From assembly GCA_003223875.1 (NCBI GenBank), contig QHWY01000105.1, positions 9,441 to 73,440 of the forward strand: a DNA stretch of 64,000 bases, given 5' to 3'. The DNA is from Acidobacteriota bacterium (GTDB taxonomy: Bacteria > Acidobacteriota > Terriglobia > 20CM-2-55-15). The notes under the pieces were generated by a model, which saw only the letters and a program-made list of their open reading frames with translations, searched no databases and was not told the DNA's origin. Within the stretch, counting starts at the first letter, position 1, and each line of letters begins with the position of its first letter. The position numbers and the translations under genes were made by a program. Of the stretch, positions 1 to 8,706 are shown in pieces.

Positions 1-1
1 G

Positions 2-988
2 CTCGCGAAGTGGCTGGAAAAAGGAGGCCATCGCCCGATTCTGGTCTCTGTCGACGTGTACCGTCCCGCGGCCCGCGATCAATTGAAGGTAATCGCGAAA
101 GATATCGGCGTGAAGCTGTGGGAAGGAAACCCTAACGATACGCCTCTTCAACTCTGTCAGGACGCAGTGCGAGAGGCTCGCAACAGCGCGCACGACGTGG
201 TGATCGTCGATACCGCCGGACGGCTCCATATCGATGAAGCGCTGATGAAGGAGCTCCGCGAACTCAAAGACGCCGTTCGCCCGAACGAAATCCTTTTCGT
301 GGCGGACGCAATGCTCGGTCAGGACGCTGTTAAAAGCGCGCAGCAGTTCTACGATCAGCTCGGTTTCCATGGATTCATTTTGACGAAGATGGACGGCGAT
401 GCGCGCGGCGGCGCGGCGCTATCGATCAAGCAGGTCACGGGTCAGCCGGTCAAATTTGTCGGCACCGGTGAGAAGTACGATGCTCTGGAGCTTTTCCATC
501 CGGATCGCCTGGTGTCGCGAATCATGGGCATGGGCGACATCCTGTCGCTTATCGAGAAAGCAGAAGAAGTTGTCGACAAGAAAAAAGCAGTCGAGCTTCA
601 GGAAAAAATGCTTTCCGACAGCTTCACCCTTGAAGACTTTCGGGACCAACTCAAACAGATCCGCAAGATGGGAACGCTCGATCAAATTCTTGGGATGCTG
701 CCCAGCATCGGCCCTTTTAAAGACATGCAAAAGGTCAAAGTGGATGAGAAAGAACTGGTCCGAGTTGAAGCCATCATCAATTCAATGACTCCGAAAGAGC
801 GGCGGAATCACCAGCTCATCAATGGCAGCCGGCGGAAGCGCATCGCCAAGGGCAGCGGCACGAGCGTGCAGCAGGTCAACCAACTTTTGAAACAGTACGC
901 CCAGACGCGCAGGATGATGAAGGGCATGAAAAATTCCTTCTTCGGGCGCCGTCTCAAGGGAATGAAGCTGCCCGAAATGCCGTTTTAG
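2..988 (+). CDS. ffh: Signal recognition particle protein Ffh (5' truncated by window edge)
   Basis: DVYRPAA, DTAGR, TKMDGDARGG GTPase motifs; Met-rich M domain with SRRKRIAKGSG; the frame is open back to base 2. Confidence 0.97.
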   Translation, partial: LAKWLEKGGHRPILVSVDVYRPAARDQLKVIAKDIGVKLWEGNPNDTPLQLCQDAVREARNSAHDVVIVDTAGRLHIDEALMKELRELKDAVRPNEILFVADAMLGQDAVKSAQQFYDQLGFHGFILTKMDGDARGGAALSIKQVTGQPVKFVGTGEKYDALELFHPDRLVSRIMGMGDILSLIEKAEEVVDKKKAVELQEKMLSDSFTLEDFRDQLKQIRKMGTLDQILGMLPSIGPFKDMQKVKVDEKELVRVEAIINSMTPKERRNHQLINGSRRKRIAKGSGTSVQQVNQLLKQYAQTRRMMKGMKNSFFGRRLKGMKLPEMPF

Positions 989-1032
989 GCTATAATTTTG
1001 GAGTTCTCCCCAACAACGAGGAGGTAAACCAT

Positions 1033-1281
1033 TTGGTAGCAATGCGTTTGAGCCGGATTGGGTCGACTAAACGTCCCTATTACCGGATTGTCGTCATCGA
1101 CAAGCGCCGCGCACGCAACGGACGTTTTTTGGAAGTACTGGGAAAGTACAACCCAATCGCGAATCCTGCGCAGGTCGAAATTAATGCCGAACGCGCGCAA
1201 TATTGGCTCGCGAAAGGTGCGGCTCCGTCGGAGACGGTGCGTAGCATTCTTCGGCAAAAAGAACTTATTCACTCCCGCTAA
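1033..1281 (+). CDS. rpsP: 30S ribosomal protein S16
   Basis: MRLSRIG..KRPYYRIVV.DKR..RNGRFLEVLG.YNP signature; TTG start after GAGGAGG SD; canonical operon position. Confidence 0.97.
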   Translation: MVAMRLSRIGSTKRPYYRIVVIDKRRARNGRFLEVLGKYNPIANPAQVEINAERAQYWLAKGAAPSETVRSILRQKELIHSR

Positions 1282-1329
1282 GGATGATGTCGAATCCACG
1301 GGGCCGTTTCCGTGGAGTCGGCACTATCC
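1282..1329 (+). other. Long imperfect stem-loop between rpsP and khpA (candidate structured RNA element)
   Basis: ggatgatgtcgaatccacgg...ccgtggagtcggcactatcc pairs with G-U wobbles; no U-tract. Confidence 0.45.
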
Positions 1330-1418
1330 AGTGCGGGACTCAAAGAGTAGTGTAAAAGCCCTTTTCGGCTGTCCTCGACGCGGATTCATACTACGTGTAG
1401 CTCGTATTGGAGGTGGCT

Positions 1419-1649
1419 ATGAAGGAGCTCATCGAGCAAATAGCGAAAGCTCTCGTGGATAATCCCGACCAGGTTACCGTCCGCCCGATCGAAGGCGAGC
1501 AAACAACGGTTCTTGAATTAAGAGTTGCTCAAAGCGACCTCGGCAAAGTCATCGGGAAACAAGGCAGAACGGCACGGTCGATCCGGACCATTTTGAGTGC
1601 CGCGGGAATGAAGCTGAAAAAGCGGTTCACGCTCGAGATTTTGGAGTAG
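1419..1649 (+). CDS. khpA: KH-domain RNA-binding protein KhpA (YlqC/UPF0109)
   Basis: [18 protein letters not shown] GxxG loop; ATG at 1419 after GGAGG; rpsP-khpA-rimM synteny. Confidence 0.95.
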   Translation: MKELIEQIAKALVDNPDQVTVRPIEGEQTTVLELRVAQSDLGKVIGKQGRTARSIRTILSAAGMKLKKRFTLEILE

Positions 1650-1655
1650 CGCTTC

Positions 1656-2186
1656 ATCAGTCAATCGGAAGCCTCCTTCATATCCATCGCTCGGATCACA
1701 AAAACACAAGGTCTGAAAGGCGAGGTCAGAATCGAGCAATTGCTCGAAGATGATGCAATATTCGGCGCCGGAAGGCGCATCGTGCTATCGGGCGCCAAAA
1801 TCGCGGAGCGTGAGGCGGAAATCAATTATTTTCGCAGGCAACATGGGCACTGTGTGGTCAAGTTTCACGGAATCGATTCGATCGCGGAGGCCGAAAAATA
1901 CATCGGCGCGGAGATCAAAATTCCCGCAGGCGACTTGCCGGCACCGAATGCAGGTTGGTATTACACCTTTCAGTTGAAAGGCTGCGAGGTATTCACGGAG
2001 GACGGACAGTACATAGGAACACTCAGCGACATCCTCGATTGGGGCGGCACGCAGATTTTGAAAGTCGATCGCGAGAACGAAGAAACGCTGATCCCGTTCG
2101 CGCGGTCGTTTCTGAAACGCATCGATCTGGATCAGCGGCGAATTGAAGTGGATTTGCCGGAAGACCTCCGAAATTTGAATAAGTGA
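1656..2186 (+). CDS. rimM: 16S rRNA processing protein RimM (probable non-canonical ATC start)
   Basis: In-frame sequence upstream of the tracked ORF reads FISIARITKTQGLKGEVRI (RimM N-terminal motif); C-terminal PRC barrel LIPF..FLKRIDL; operon position. Confidence 0.9.
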   Translation: MSQSEASFISIARITKTQGLKGEVRIEQLLEDDAIFGAGRRIVLSGAKIAEREAEINYFRRQHGHCVVKFHGIDSIAEAEKYIGAEIKIPAGDLPAPNAGWYYTFQLKGCEVFTEDGQYIGTLSDILDWGGTQILKVDRENEETLIPFARSFLKRIDLDQRRIEVDLPEDLRNLNK

Positions 2187-2872
2187 TCTTTGACGTCATC
2201 ACGATCTTCCCGGAGTTCTTTAATGGCCCATTCGATTTTGGTGTAATCCGGCGAGGCCGCGCGAAGGGACTCGTTGAAGTTCGAGTTCATGATCTAAGGG
2301 ACTTCACCTCAGATCGCCATCGTACCGTCGACGATCGGCCGTTTGGAGGTGGTGAAGGAATGGTTTTCAAGCCTGAGCCGATGTTCAAAGCGGTCGAGAC
2401 GGTTCGGAAAAACGATGAGGCCGAAGTGGTCGTCCTCAGTGCTGCGGGACGACCGTTTACACAGGCCGCGGCATTGCGGCTCTCCAAGGCCGCGCAGATT
2501 ATTGTGATTTGCGGCCGCTACGAAGGTGTCGACGAACGCGTCGTCGAGCATCTGGCGACAGCGGAGATTTCGATCGGGGATTTCATCCTTTCGGGGGGTG
2601 AGATTGCGGCTGTCGTTGTCGTTGACGCTGTGACACGATATGTCCCCGGGGTGGTGGGAAAAGAGGAATCGATCTTGCGAGATTCTTTTTCGGATCCCGC
2701 AGCCGAGAGACAACTGGTCGAACACCCGCACTACACGCGGCCTGCGGATTTCCGAGGCTGGAAGGTACCTGAAGTTCTCATATCGGGTGATCATGAAGCC
2801 GTCCGCGAATGGCGGCGTCAAGCCGCGCTGAAGAAAACAGAAAAGAACAGACCGGATCTGTTGCAAAAATAA
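2183..2872 (+). CDS. trmD: tRNA (guanine37-N1)-methyltransferase
   Basis: VDDRPFGGGEGM, CGRYEGVDER, SIGDFILSGGE, HYTRP motifs. Confidence 0.97.
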   Translation: MIFDVITIFPEFFNGPFDFGVIRRGRAKGLVEVRVHDLRDFTSDRHRTVDDRPFGGGEGMVFKPEPMFKAVETVRKNDEAEVVVLSAAGRPFTQAAALRLSKAAQIIVICGRYEGVDERVVEHLATAEISIGDFILSGGEIAAVVVVDAVTRYVPGVVGKEESILRDSFSDPAAERQLVEHPHYTRPADFRGWKVPEVLISGDHEAVREWRRQAALKKTEKNRPDLLQK

Positions 2873-2888
2873 TTTGGAGTAGCAAGTC

Positions 2889-3239
2889 ATGAACGCATTA
2901 GACCTCGTCGAAAAACAACAATTGCGGACGGATATCCCGGAATTCAGACCCGGCGATACCATAAAGGTTCACGTCAAGATCAAGGAAGGCGATAAAGAGC
3001 GCATCCAGGTATTCGAAGGAATTTGTATCGCACAAAAACATGGCGGCGCCCGCGAAACATTTACGGTCCGCAAGATGTCCTTTGGGCACGGAGTGGAACG
3101 CATCTTCCCACTTCACTCGAAGGTCATCGATAAGATCGAAATCGTCCGTTCCGGGCGAGTTCGTCGGGCAAAGCTCTATTACATGCGTGCACTCCGCGGC
3201 AAGGCTGCCCGTATCAAAGAAGTGAAGGCTGCGCAATAA
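2889..3239 (+). CDS. rplS: 50S ribosomal protein L19
   Basis: [33 protein letters not shown]. Confidence 0.97.
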   Translation: MNALDLVEKQQLRTDIPEFRPGDTIKVHVKIKEGDKERIQVFEGICIAQKHGGARETFTVRKMSFGHGVERIFPLHSKVIDKIEIVRSGRVRRAKLYYMRALRGKAARIKEVKAAQ

Positions 3240-3257
3240 CAATGAGTTGTAATGGGG

Positions 3258-3487
3258 AGCCATTCCCCTCCTTCGAGAGGAGGGCGCGAAGCGCGAGCCC
3301 GCTAGGGCGAAGCCTCAATAGAAGCCGCGCCGAGCGAAGCACAGGGTCAGGCGGCGTGGCCCGAAGCGCGAGCCGGATAGGGCGAAGCCTCAATAGAAGA
3401 CCGGCCGGAACGTTGTGCCAAACTGACCCCCCCGGCGCTTCTATTAAGCTGTCGCGCCACCCCTCCTCTCGAAGGAGGGGAATGGCT
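3258..3487. repeat. REP/REPIN-like palindromic element (CCCCTCC family) carrying two ~37-nt inserts
   Basis: Perfect 27-bp terminal inverted repeat agccattcccctccttcgagaggaggg (3258-3284 / 3461-3487); internal direct repeat gaagcgcgagcc.g.tagggcgaagcctcaatagaag twice; related copies at 19396 and 48128. Confidence 0.85.
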
Positions 3488-3501
3488 TCCCATCCATTTT
3501 C

Positions 3502-3768
3502 ATGAATCGCCTTCTCGCGGTCGCCTTCATTCTTTTTTGCTTCGAGATCGGTCTTTTCCTCATGTTCGTCCCGTGGTCCGCTCTGTGGGAAAACAACGTC
3601 TTGCTCGCTTATTCATTCACGCTGCGTGAACTGCTCTTGAACAATTTCATTCGAGGAGCAATCTCAGGACTCGGCGCCATCGATGTTCTACTCGGGTTTT
3701 CAGAGCTTGGCCGTTTTTGGAAGTCTCTCAAGGTCATCAATCGTCCCCGGACCACAACTACCGAATGA
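3502..3768 (+). CDS. Small membrane protein, hypothetical
   Basis: Two hydrophobic segments; stop overlaps thiE start (ATGA). Confidence 0.7.
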   Translation: MNRLLAVAFILFCFEIGLFLMFVPWSALWENNVLLAYSFTLRELLLNNFIRGAISGLGAIDVLLGFSELGRFWKSLKVINRPRTTTTE

Positions 3769-4307
3769 TTCGTTATTACGTGACGGACCGGCGCCAAGGC
3801 GACGTTCTGGCCTGCGCCTCACGCGCGATTCGTAAGGGTGTCGATATGATCCAGGTCCGCGAAAAGGATCTGGCGGCGCGGGATCTCTTCGACCTGGTGT
3901 GCAAAATTCGAGACATCGCCGCAGGATCAAAAACACGCATCCTCGTCAACGATCGCTTAGATATTGCGATAGCAGCCGGTATCGACGGTGTCCACCTTCC
4001 AAGCAATGGCCTGCCGGCGGAGAGGGTTCGTCCTCTGGTCAAGTTGCTCGGCATTTCCACTCACACACTGGATGAAGCCATCCATGCTGAGCGGACCGGA
4101 GCGGACTTCATTGTCTTTGGTCCGATTTTCGATACGCCCGGCAAGCGTCCCGTCGGGCTTGAACCATTACGCACCGTTGCTTCTCAACTGAAGATTCCCG
4201 TCCTCGCGATCGGCGGTATTAAAGAGGAAAACTCCAAAGATGTCCTCGATGCAGGTGCCGCCGGAATTGCGGGTATCCGGTTATTCCAGTCGGGCCAATC
4301 TTATTAA
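3765..4307 (+). CDS. thiE: Thiamine phosphate synthase (ThiE/TenI family)
   Basis: QVREKD, VNDRLDIA, GVHL, STH, FGPIFDT, AIGGI motifs. Confidence 0.85.
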   Translation: MIRYYVTDRRQGDVLACASRAIRKGVDMIQVREKDLAARDLFDLVCKIRDIAAGSKTRILVNDRLDIAIAAGIDGVHLPSNGLPAERVRPLVKLLGISTHTLDEAIHAERTGADFIVFGPIFDTPGKRPVGLEPLRTVASQLKIPVLAIGGIKEENSKDVLDAGAAGIAGIRLFQSGQSY

Positions 4308-4308
4308 T

Positions 4309-5001
4309 TTATAACGTATCAAGCAGACGCTGAAGCGCAGTGCGCGGATCGCGTTCACCGGTCACGGCGCGGCCGAGGACAATGTAATCGGCGCCCGATG
4401 AGAGCGCTTCGCGTGGCGTCGCAACACGCTGCTGATCGTTGTGAGATTGATCGGGGAGGCGGATTCCGGGAGTGACGATTTTGAACTGCGGATTGACGAC
4501 CTTTCGAACCAGTTGGATCTCACGCGGAGAGCAAACAACACCGTCGATGCCGGAATCCTGGGCGAGCAGCGCGAGTCTTTCGACTTGTTGGTCCACCGGT
4601 TGTTCCCATCCCATTTCGAATAAGGCCCGAGTGTCGAGGCTGGTCAGAACGGTTACGGCAACGACTCGTGGCTTCCGGTCACCAAACTTCTCACCGAGTT
4701 CTCTTGCGATAGCTTCCATCATCGCGCGCCCTCCCGCAGCGTGGACAGTCATCATCGAGACGCCGAGCTTGGCAGCTTCGACAGCGGCTTGCGTAACGGT
4801 GTTCGGAATATCGTGAAATTTCAAGTCAAGAAAAACATTGCCGCCGTTCCCGATGGTCTCCTGAACGATGGATGGACCGGCGGTCATGAATAGTTGGCTT
4901 CCGACCTTGAACATTCCCACAAGGTCGCGCAGTTGTTTTAAGAGATGAAGCGCCTCTTCACGTGAACTGACGTCCAAGGCGATGATGACTCTTCGGTTCA
5001 T
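4309..5001 (-). CDS. pyrF: Orotidine-5'-phosphate decarboxylase
   Basis: IALD, FKVG, FLDLKFHDIPNTV, TPGIR; start overlaps pyrD stop. Confidence 0.96.
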   Translation of the reverse strand: MNRRVIIALDVSSREEALHLLKQLRDLVGMFKVGSQLFMTAGPSIVQETIGNGGNVFLDLKFHDIPNTVTQAAVEAAKLGVSMMTVHAAGGRAMMEAIARELGEKFGDRKPRVVAVTVLTSLDTRALFEMGWEQPVDQQVERLALLAQDSGIDGVVCSPREIQLVRKVVNPQFKIVTPGIRLPDQSHNDQQRVATPREALSSGADYIVLGRAVTGERDPRTALQRLLDTL

Positions 5002-5915
5002 TGCTTCATCTGCCCGATCAGGTCGCGTACCGATCGCAATCCCTTTGCCTTTAAAAATTTTCCCAGCCCGATCAGGATATGCAGTGGAGCTTTCGGATCG
5101 TAAAAGTTCGCGGTGCCCACTTGTACGGCGGCGGCGCCGGCGAGAAAATACTCGACGGCGTCCTCCGTCTTTGTGATCCCGCCTAGACCGATGACGGGAA
5201 TCTTCACGGCATGGGAACATTGGTAAACCATCCGTAGGGTGATCGGCCGGATTGCAGGTCCCGAAAGGCCGCCGGTGATGGTATGGATCCGCGGCCTGAA
5301 AGTGTCCGGATCAATGGCCATGCCCAGGAATGTATTAGCGACAGTCAAGGCATCCGCGCCGCCGGCTTCCGCGCCTCGCGCAAGTTCTGTGATGTCGGTG
5401 ACATTGGGTGATAGCTTCACAATAATCGGCCGTCGCGACCGCGCCTTGAGCGTTCGGGTCAGCGCCTCGGTCAACCGGGGACTCTGCCCGAAGACCATGC
5501 CGCCGTGTTTCGTATTCGGACAAGAGATATTCAATTCGTAAGCCGCGATTCCCTCGCATGCATTGAGCTTGTCGATGACTTCCAGGTATTCGTCTTCGTT
5601 AAAACCAAATACATTGACGAACACGGCGCAACCCGCTTTTCGCAGGAACGGCATCTTGTCTTGGATGAGCGCATCAACGCCGACATTTTCCAAGCCGATG
5701 GAGTTCAGCATACCCGACGCGGTAGGAAACAAGCGCGGAGGAAGATTGCCGTCGATCGGCCGCGCCGATGTTCCTTTCACGCAAATGGCGCCAATGCGGC
5801 GGAGTTCCGCGAATCGCTCGAATTCCTCGCCGTATCCGAATGTTCCGCTTGCCGCAATGATTGGATTATCAAGAAGGATTCCCGCCAAGTCGATACTGAG
5901 ATCGACGTCACTCAT
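4998..5915 (-). CDS. pyrD: Dihydroorotate dehydrogenase, family 1 catalytic subunit
   Basis: ASGTFGYG, NSIGLEN, ELNISCPN, VKLSPNVTDI, GGLSGPAI. Confidence 0.95.
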   Translation of the reverse strand: MSDVDLSIDLAGILLDNPIIAASGTFGYGEEFERFAELRRIGAICVKGTSARPIDGNLPPRLFPTASGMLNSIGLENVGVDALIQDKMPFLRKAGCAVFVNVFGFNEDEYLEVIDKLNACEGIAAYELNISCPNTKHGGMVFGQSPRLTEALTRTLKARSRRPIIVKLSPNVTDITELARGAEAGGADALTVANTFLGMAIDPDTFRPRIHTITGGLSGPAIRPITLRMVYQCSHAVKIPVIGLGGITKTEDAVEYFLAGAAAVQVGTANFYDPKAPLHILIGLGKFLKAKGLRSVRDLIGQMKQ

Positions 5916-5949
5916 ATCGATTCAATCTAGCATATAATTTCCGTCCGCC
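5916..5949. promoter_or_regulatory. Compact divergent promoter region pyrD/pyrR
   Basis: 34-bp gap; TGcTAGATT on minus strand 8 nt before the pyrD ATG; TATAAT (5933-5938) on plus strand 11 nt before the pyrR ATG. Confidence 0.6.
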
Positions 5950-6492
5950 ATGTCTTTGAAGCTGAACTACCAACTGATGAAGGCTAGCGAAGTGAATGCC
6001 ACGTTGGACCGAATGGCTAGCGAGATCCTGGAGGCAAACAACGGCAGACCGGTCGTGCTCATCGGTATTCAGCGGCGGGGCGTGCCCATGGCGCGGCGAA
6101 TGGCCCTGCGCATGGCAAAAAAGACGCAGCGGGAACCGCAAATCGGCACACTCGATATCAACCTGTATCGCGATGATCTAACTCGCGTGGCGTCACAACC
6201 TGTCGTGCAAAAAACGGAAGTGCCGCCGAATATCGACGATCGCGACATCGTGCTCGTCGACGATGTTCTTTATACCGGTCGGACTGTCCGAGCAGCGCTG
6301 GACGCTCTTTGCGACTTTGGCCGCATGCGAACGATTCAGCTCGCCGTGTTCATCGATCGAGGACACCGCGAATTGCCGATCGAAGCCAATTTCATCGGCA
6401 AGAAGATCACCACCAAGGACAGCGAGGTGGTTGAAGTAAAGCTGACCGAAATCGACGGTGAAGACGCGATCTACGTGATGGAGAAAATCTAG
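5950..6492 (+). CDS. pyrR: PyrR (pyr regulator / uracil phosphoribosyltransferase)
   Basis: [39 protein letters not shown]. Confidence 0.96.
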   Translation: MSLKLNYQLMKASEVNATLDRMASEILEANNGRPVVLIGIQRRGVPMARRMALRMAKKTQREPQIGTLDINLYRDDLTRVASQPVVQKTEVPPNIDDRDIVLVDDVLYTGRTVRAALDALCDFGRMRTIQLAVFIDRGHRELPIEANFIGKKITTKDSEVVEVKLTEIDGEDAIYVMEKI

Positions 6493-6496
6493 CGGC

Positions 6497-7429
6497 GTGC
6501 TAAAGCGAAAAGATCTGCTGGGAACACAAGACCTCAGCCGCGACGAGATTCTGGAAATTCTCGATACCGCCGAATCTTTTCAAGAAGTCTCCACAAGACC
6601 GATCAAGAAAGTCCCGACACTGCGCGGCAAGACAATCATCAATCTCTTCTTCGAAGCGTCTACACGCACCCGGACTTCATTCGAAATCGCAGGAAAGCGC
6701 CTGTCCGCCGACGTTGTAAATATTTCGGCATCCACGAGCAGCCTCTCGAAGGGCGAAACCTTGATCGACACGGCGCGCACGCTTGATGCAATGGCCGCCG
6801 ATTGCGTGGTCATCCGCCACTCGGCAGCCGGCGCGCCACATACCTTATCCAGGCTCACCAAGGCATCGATCATCAATGGCGGCGACGGAGCACACGAGCA
6901 TCCCACGCAAGCCCTGCTTGACGCTTACATCATTCGGCAACGAAAAGGCCGGCTGAACGATCTGAAAATCGCCGTCATCGGCGATATTGCACACAGCCGT
7001 GTGGCTCGTTCCAACGTTCATCTGCTGACGAAATTCGGCACTCAGGTATGGCTTTGCTCGGCGCCGACTTTAATGCCGCCTGGCATCGAGAAGATTGTTT
7101 GCGATCACGGCGAGTTCCTTCACGTAACACATGCGATGGATGAAGCGGTCGCACAAGCGGACGTCATTATGATGCTGCGCGTACAGTTTGAAAGAATGAA
7201 CGAATCGTTCTTCCCATCGATCCGTGAGTACTTTCGTTATTACGGCCTGACTCGGGAGCGCGCGGAGTACGCCAAATCAGACGTCATCATCATGCATCCG
7301 GGTCCGATCAATCGCGGTGTGGAAATCGCCACCGACGTTGCGGATGGACCATACTCCGTCATTCTCGATCAGGTGTCGGCCGGCGTAGCGGTGCGAATGG
7401 CTGTTCTGTTTCTGCTGTTGGGAGGCTGA
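6497..7429 (+). CDS. pyrB: Aspartate carbamoyltransferase catalytic subunit
   Basis: [39 protein letters not shown]. Confidence 0.97.
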   Translation: MLKRKDLLGTQDLSRDEILEILDTAESFQEVSTRPIKKVPTLRGKTIINLFFEASTRTRTSFEIAGKRLSADVVNISASTSSLSKGETLIDTARTLDAMAADCVVIRHSAAGAPHTLSRLTKASIINGGDGAHEHPTQALLDAYIIRQRKGRLNDLKIAVIGDIAHSRVARSNVHLLTKFGTQVWLCSAPTLMPPGIEKIVCDHGEFLHVTHAMDEAVAQADVIMMLRVQFERMNESFFPSIREYFRYYGLTRERAEYAKSDVIIMHPGPINRGVEIATDVADGPYSVILDQVSAGVAVRMAVLFLLLGG

Positions 7430-8706
7430 TGGATCTCGTCGTGAGAAATGGGCGGCTCGTCGATCCGGCACGGAAAATCGACACCGTTGCCAACATCGTC
7501 ATTCGCGGCGGCAAGATTCAATCCATTGGCGTTGGAGCGGGCAGTGCTTTGCCCTCGAACATCCCGGTCTTCGATGCAACCGGGCTCATCGTCGCTCCCG
7601 GATTCTTCGATATTCATGTGCATTTGCGCGAGCCCGGCACTGAGGAAGCAGAAACGATTGCAACAGGCGGCAGCGCGGCGGTAGCTGGCGGATTCACGGC
7701 CGTGGCGGCAATGCCGAATACCAAGCCTCCAAACGACAATCCATCGATCACGTACTACATCATCTCTGAAGCGCGGCGATCCTCTCCGGCGCGCGTGTTC
7801 CCGATTGGCGCAATCACGAAAGAACAGAAAGGTGAGACGCTCGCGGAAATCGGCGAAATGTTCGAAGCGGGTATTGTCGGCATTTCCGATGACGGAAAAC
7901 CCGTCATGGACGCCCAACTGTTTCGGCGCGCACTCGAGTACGCGCGCATGTTCGACATGCCGGTGATCCAACACTGCGAGGATCTCCACCTTTCCAAGGA
8001 CGGCGTGATGCACGAGGGGATATACTCGACCCGGCTGGGCCTGAAAGGGATCCCTGGCGCAGCGGAAGAGACAATGGTAAGCCGCGATTTGATCCTCGCC
8101 GAGATCACGGGCAGTAAATATCACGTCGCTCACCTTAGCACCCGCCGGTCCCTCGAGAACCTTCGAAAAGCCAAGAGTCGTGACTTACGCGTCACAGCCG
8201 AAGTCACTCCGCATCACTTCGCGCTGACGGATTCGGCTGTCGCCGATTACGACACCAACGCTAAAATGAATCCACCTCTCCGATCAGCCGATGACGTTGC
8301 GGCCATCGTTGAAGGAATCTCCGACGGCACAATTGACGCGATCGCCAGCGATCACGCGCCGCATCACATCAACCTGAAAATGCTCGAATTCGACCGTGCA
8401 CCGTTCGGTATTACGGGTATGGAAACCGCGGTTGGTCTGGCCCTAACGAAGCTTCAGCTTTCGATTACCCGGCTGATCGAATTATTCTCTATAAATCCGC
8501 AGAAGATCATGAAGGTTGCGCCATGGGGCCTGTTCGAAGGGAGTGATGCGGATTTGACCGTCCTGGATCTGAATAGAACCTGGACGTTTGATGTGAACCA
8601 GTCGCGGTCCCGCAGCCGAAATTCTCCTTTTCATGGTTGGCCGATGAAAGGAAAAGCAGTTGGAACCATTGTAGGGGGCAAACTTGTCTTCCAAGATCGC
8701 GCGTAG
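7429..8706 (+). CDS. pyrC: Dihydroorotase (multifunctional-complex type)
   Basis: DIHVHLREPG, MPNT, EVTPHH, KMNPPLR, SDHAPH. Confidence 0.96.
   Translation: MDLVVRNGRLVDPARKIDTVANIVIRGGKIQSIGVGAGSALPSNIPVFDATGLIVAPGFFDIHVHLREPGTEEAETIATGGSAAVAGGFTAVAAMPNTKPPNDNPSITYYIISEARRSSPARVFPIGAITKEQKGETLAEIGEMFEAGIVGISDDGKPVMDAQLFRRALEYARMFDMPVIQHCEDLHLSKDGVMHEGIYSTRLGLKGIPGAAEETMVSRDLILAEITGSKYHVAHLSTRRSLENLRKAKSRDLRVTAEVTPHHFALTDSAVADYDTNAKMNPPLRSADDVAAIVEGISDGTIDAIASDHAPHHINLKMLEFDRAPFGITGMETAVGLALTKLQLSITRLIELFSINPQKIMKVAPWGLFEGSDADLTVLDLNRTWTFDVNQSRSRSRNSPFHGWPMKGKAVGTIVGGKLVFQDRA

Noticed and set aside
989-1418. SRP RNA (ffs) near ffh
   Set aside because: No SRP domain IV signature (CAGG..GGAA..AGCAG) is visible in the intergenic sequences
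3242-3505. 87-aa ORF after rplS
   Set aside because: It is a translation of the palindromic repeat and its inserts
3240-3764. TPP riboswitch upstream of thiE
   Set aside because: No CTGAGA core; the space is occupied by the repeat and a membrane-protein gene
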